Virus record (IMG/VR): IMGVR_UViG_3300033067_001722
Location: 1 to 35,143 of that record
From: a virus
Lineage: Duplodnaviria; Caudoviricetes
Length of the DNA stretch: 35,143 nt
Strand: one strand, 5' to 3'
Shown: positions 33,877-35,143 of the stretch, piece by piece
How positions within the stretch are numbered: position 1 is the first letter of the stretch
How the letters are laid out: each line of letters starts with the position of its first letter
Notes under the pieces: generated by a model
Told to the model about the DNA's origin: nothing
Databases searched by the model: none
Seen by the model: the letters and a program-made list of their open reading frames with translations, nothing else
Program-made: the position numbers and the translations under genes

Positions 33877-34578
33877 ATGGGAACCCTCACAGCTTTGCAG
33901 ATTGTCCAAGAATTCGCAGGGCTGCGGGGGCTGCCCGTGCCCTCGGCGCTTGTTGGTGCTACGGATAAATCCACCGCGCAATACCGTTCTGTTCTGAACG
34001 AGGTTGTTCGGAAACTCCAAGGGTATAAGTGGGAGAGCCAGAAAATCCGGGCTACTTGGACGGCCGTGGCGACTTCCGATCAAGGGGCGCTGACGACGCT
34101 TTTCCCTGGTTTTGAGTCTCTCGTCTATAACACCGGCTGGGCGACGACCCGGAAGATTCCCCTAATCGGGCCGCTCACTGATTCCGAATGGGCGACGCAA
34201 CAGGCATTGTCTCTCGTCGGGCCGCCGTATAAGTTCTGGATTTCCCAGGGGCATATCTACATCACCCCGGTTCCTACCGCGGGGGAAACGTATTCCATGA
34301 TTTATCAGAGTGAATACGGGTATTACTCCGGCGGTGCAGCGGTTCCGGGGCTTCTAGTAGATTCCGATACCCTTCTTTTCCCCGATGATGTCGTTCTCAA
34401 AGGCTTCGAGGCGCGTTGGAAGAAGGTAAAAGGCGAGCCCTACCTCGATGATGAGGGAGAATTTCTCGACCTTATCGCAAAGAGGAAGGCCCCGACGCTT
34501 CCCACGCAGCAGCTTGACGTCACCCTGGCCAACGTCCAGCCGCGAATCTACATCCCTGTCGGAGATTGGCCGGTATGA
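33877..34578 (+). CDS. Head-tail adaptor (tail tubular protein A-like)
   Basis: 233 aa starting MGTLTALQIVQE, with IYITPVP; position before the nozzle gene. Confidence 0.7.
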   Translation: MGTLTALQIVQEFAGLRGLPVPSALVGATDKSTAQYRSVLNEVVRKLQGYKWESQKIRATWTAVATSDQGALTTLFPGFESLVYNTGWATTRKIPLIGPLTDSEWATQQALSLVGPPYKFWISQGHIYITPVPTAGETYSMIYQSEYGYYSGGAAVPGLLVDSDTLLFPDDVVLKGFEARWKKVKGEPYLDDEGEFLDLIAKRKAPTLPTQQLDVTLANVQPRIYIPVGDWPV

Positions 34579-35143
34579 TTCCCCGCTCCGCCGCTGCCGC
34601 GAGAGGGCAGAATAGCGCCTTCAACCTTCTCCCCGCTGTTGGCGGGTTGAATGCTGCTGCCTCCCTCATGGCGATGCCGAAGAAAGACGCGGTTGTTCTT
34701 GAGAATTTTTTCCCCTTCCCGGATAGGCTTCAGCAGAGGGAAGGCTACACCTCCCATGTGACGGGCCTCGCCTCTCCCGCGTATCGGATGCACGTTTATT
34801 CCGGCTCGACGGGTACGGAAAAGCTCTACGCCACTACAGATTCTGGGGTTTATGATGTCACCACCGCGGGGGCTGTTGGCGCTGCCGCGATTGCTCTCAC
34901 GAATGGGAAAACCTCCGGCGCGATGCTATCCACCGGCGCGGCGCATTACCTCATGCTGGTAAATGGAACGGATTCCCTCGTTCAATATAACGGCACCGCC
35001 TGGAGTTCCGTTGCGACTCTAGGGGTTGTCAATACCAACACCCTTTCCGCTGTCGAAGTCTACCGCCAGCGGCTGTATTTCGCAAAGAAGAACTCGCTGA
35101 CCTTCTATTTCCTGCCGGCGAACTCAGTTTCGGGGACGATGAC
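34575..35143 (+). CDS. Tail nozzle/packaged-DNA stabilisation protein (3'-truncated)
   Basis: ATGA overlap. PAVGGLNAAASL...DAVVLENFFP...REGY followed by beta-propeller-like sequence; runs off the window end. Confidence 0.7.
   Translation, partial: MIPRSAAAARGQNSAFNLLPAVGGLNAAASLMAMPKKDAVVLENFFPFPDRLQQREGYTSHVTGLASPAYRMHVYSGSTGTEKLYATTDSGVYDVTTAGAVGAAAIALTNGKTSGAMLSTGAAHYLMLVNGTDSLVQYNGTAWSSVATLGVVNTNTLSAVEVYRQRLYFAKKNSLTFYFLPANSVSGTM

Noticed and set aside
32500-34083. 527-aa minus-strand ORF (also 31372-32406, 29192-30043, 28400-29191 and 12447-13394)
   Set aside because: Antisense shadows of strongly codon-biased real genes, with no recognisable motifs.

Overview
This window is most of a lytic-looking, podovirus-like tailed phage genome with two divergent arms. 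The minus-strand arm (about 1.7-20.2 kb) holds early and replication genes: a MoxR/AAA_5 ATPase and partner, many small ORFs, an HNH-AP2 endonuclease, a Cas4-like exonuclease, a Sak4-like ATPase, an SSB-like protein, a DHH phosphoesterase, MazG, a UDG-3'exo-PolA fusion and a DUF3987 helicase-like protein. The plus-strand arm (21.1-35.1 kb, and again at 1-1.9 kb) holds a putative small terminase, virion accessory proteins, a GH108 endolysin and holin, TerL, portal, scaffold, major capsid, head-tail proteins, a tail fibre and a second holin. I saw no integrase, tRNA, CRISPR array, primase or phage RNA polymerase. The most striking signal is the roughly 900-bp non-coding switch region between the arms. 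It has seven co-oriented sigma54 (-24/-12) promoter motifs, a Fur-box-like palindrome, 10-bp-phased TGTYA repeats and a 30-bp tandem repeat. Other notable items are two candidate structured RNAs, an HNH gene that duplicated its target's N-terminus, a His at PolA position 762 with a degenerate UDG domain, and small proteins ending in SSB-tail-like or beta-clamp-like motifs. All family calls come from motif recognition by eye, not database searches.
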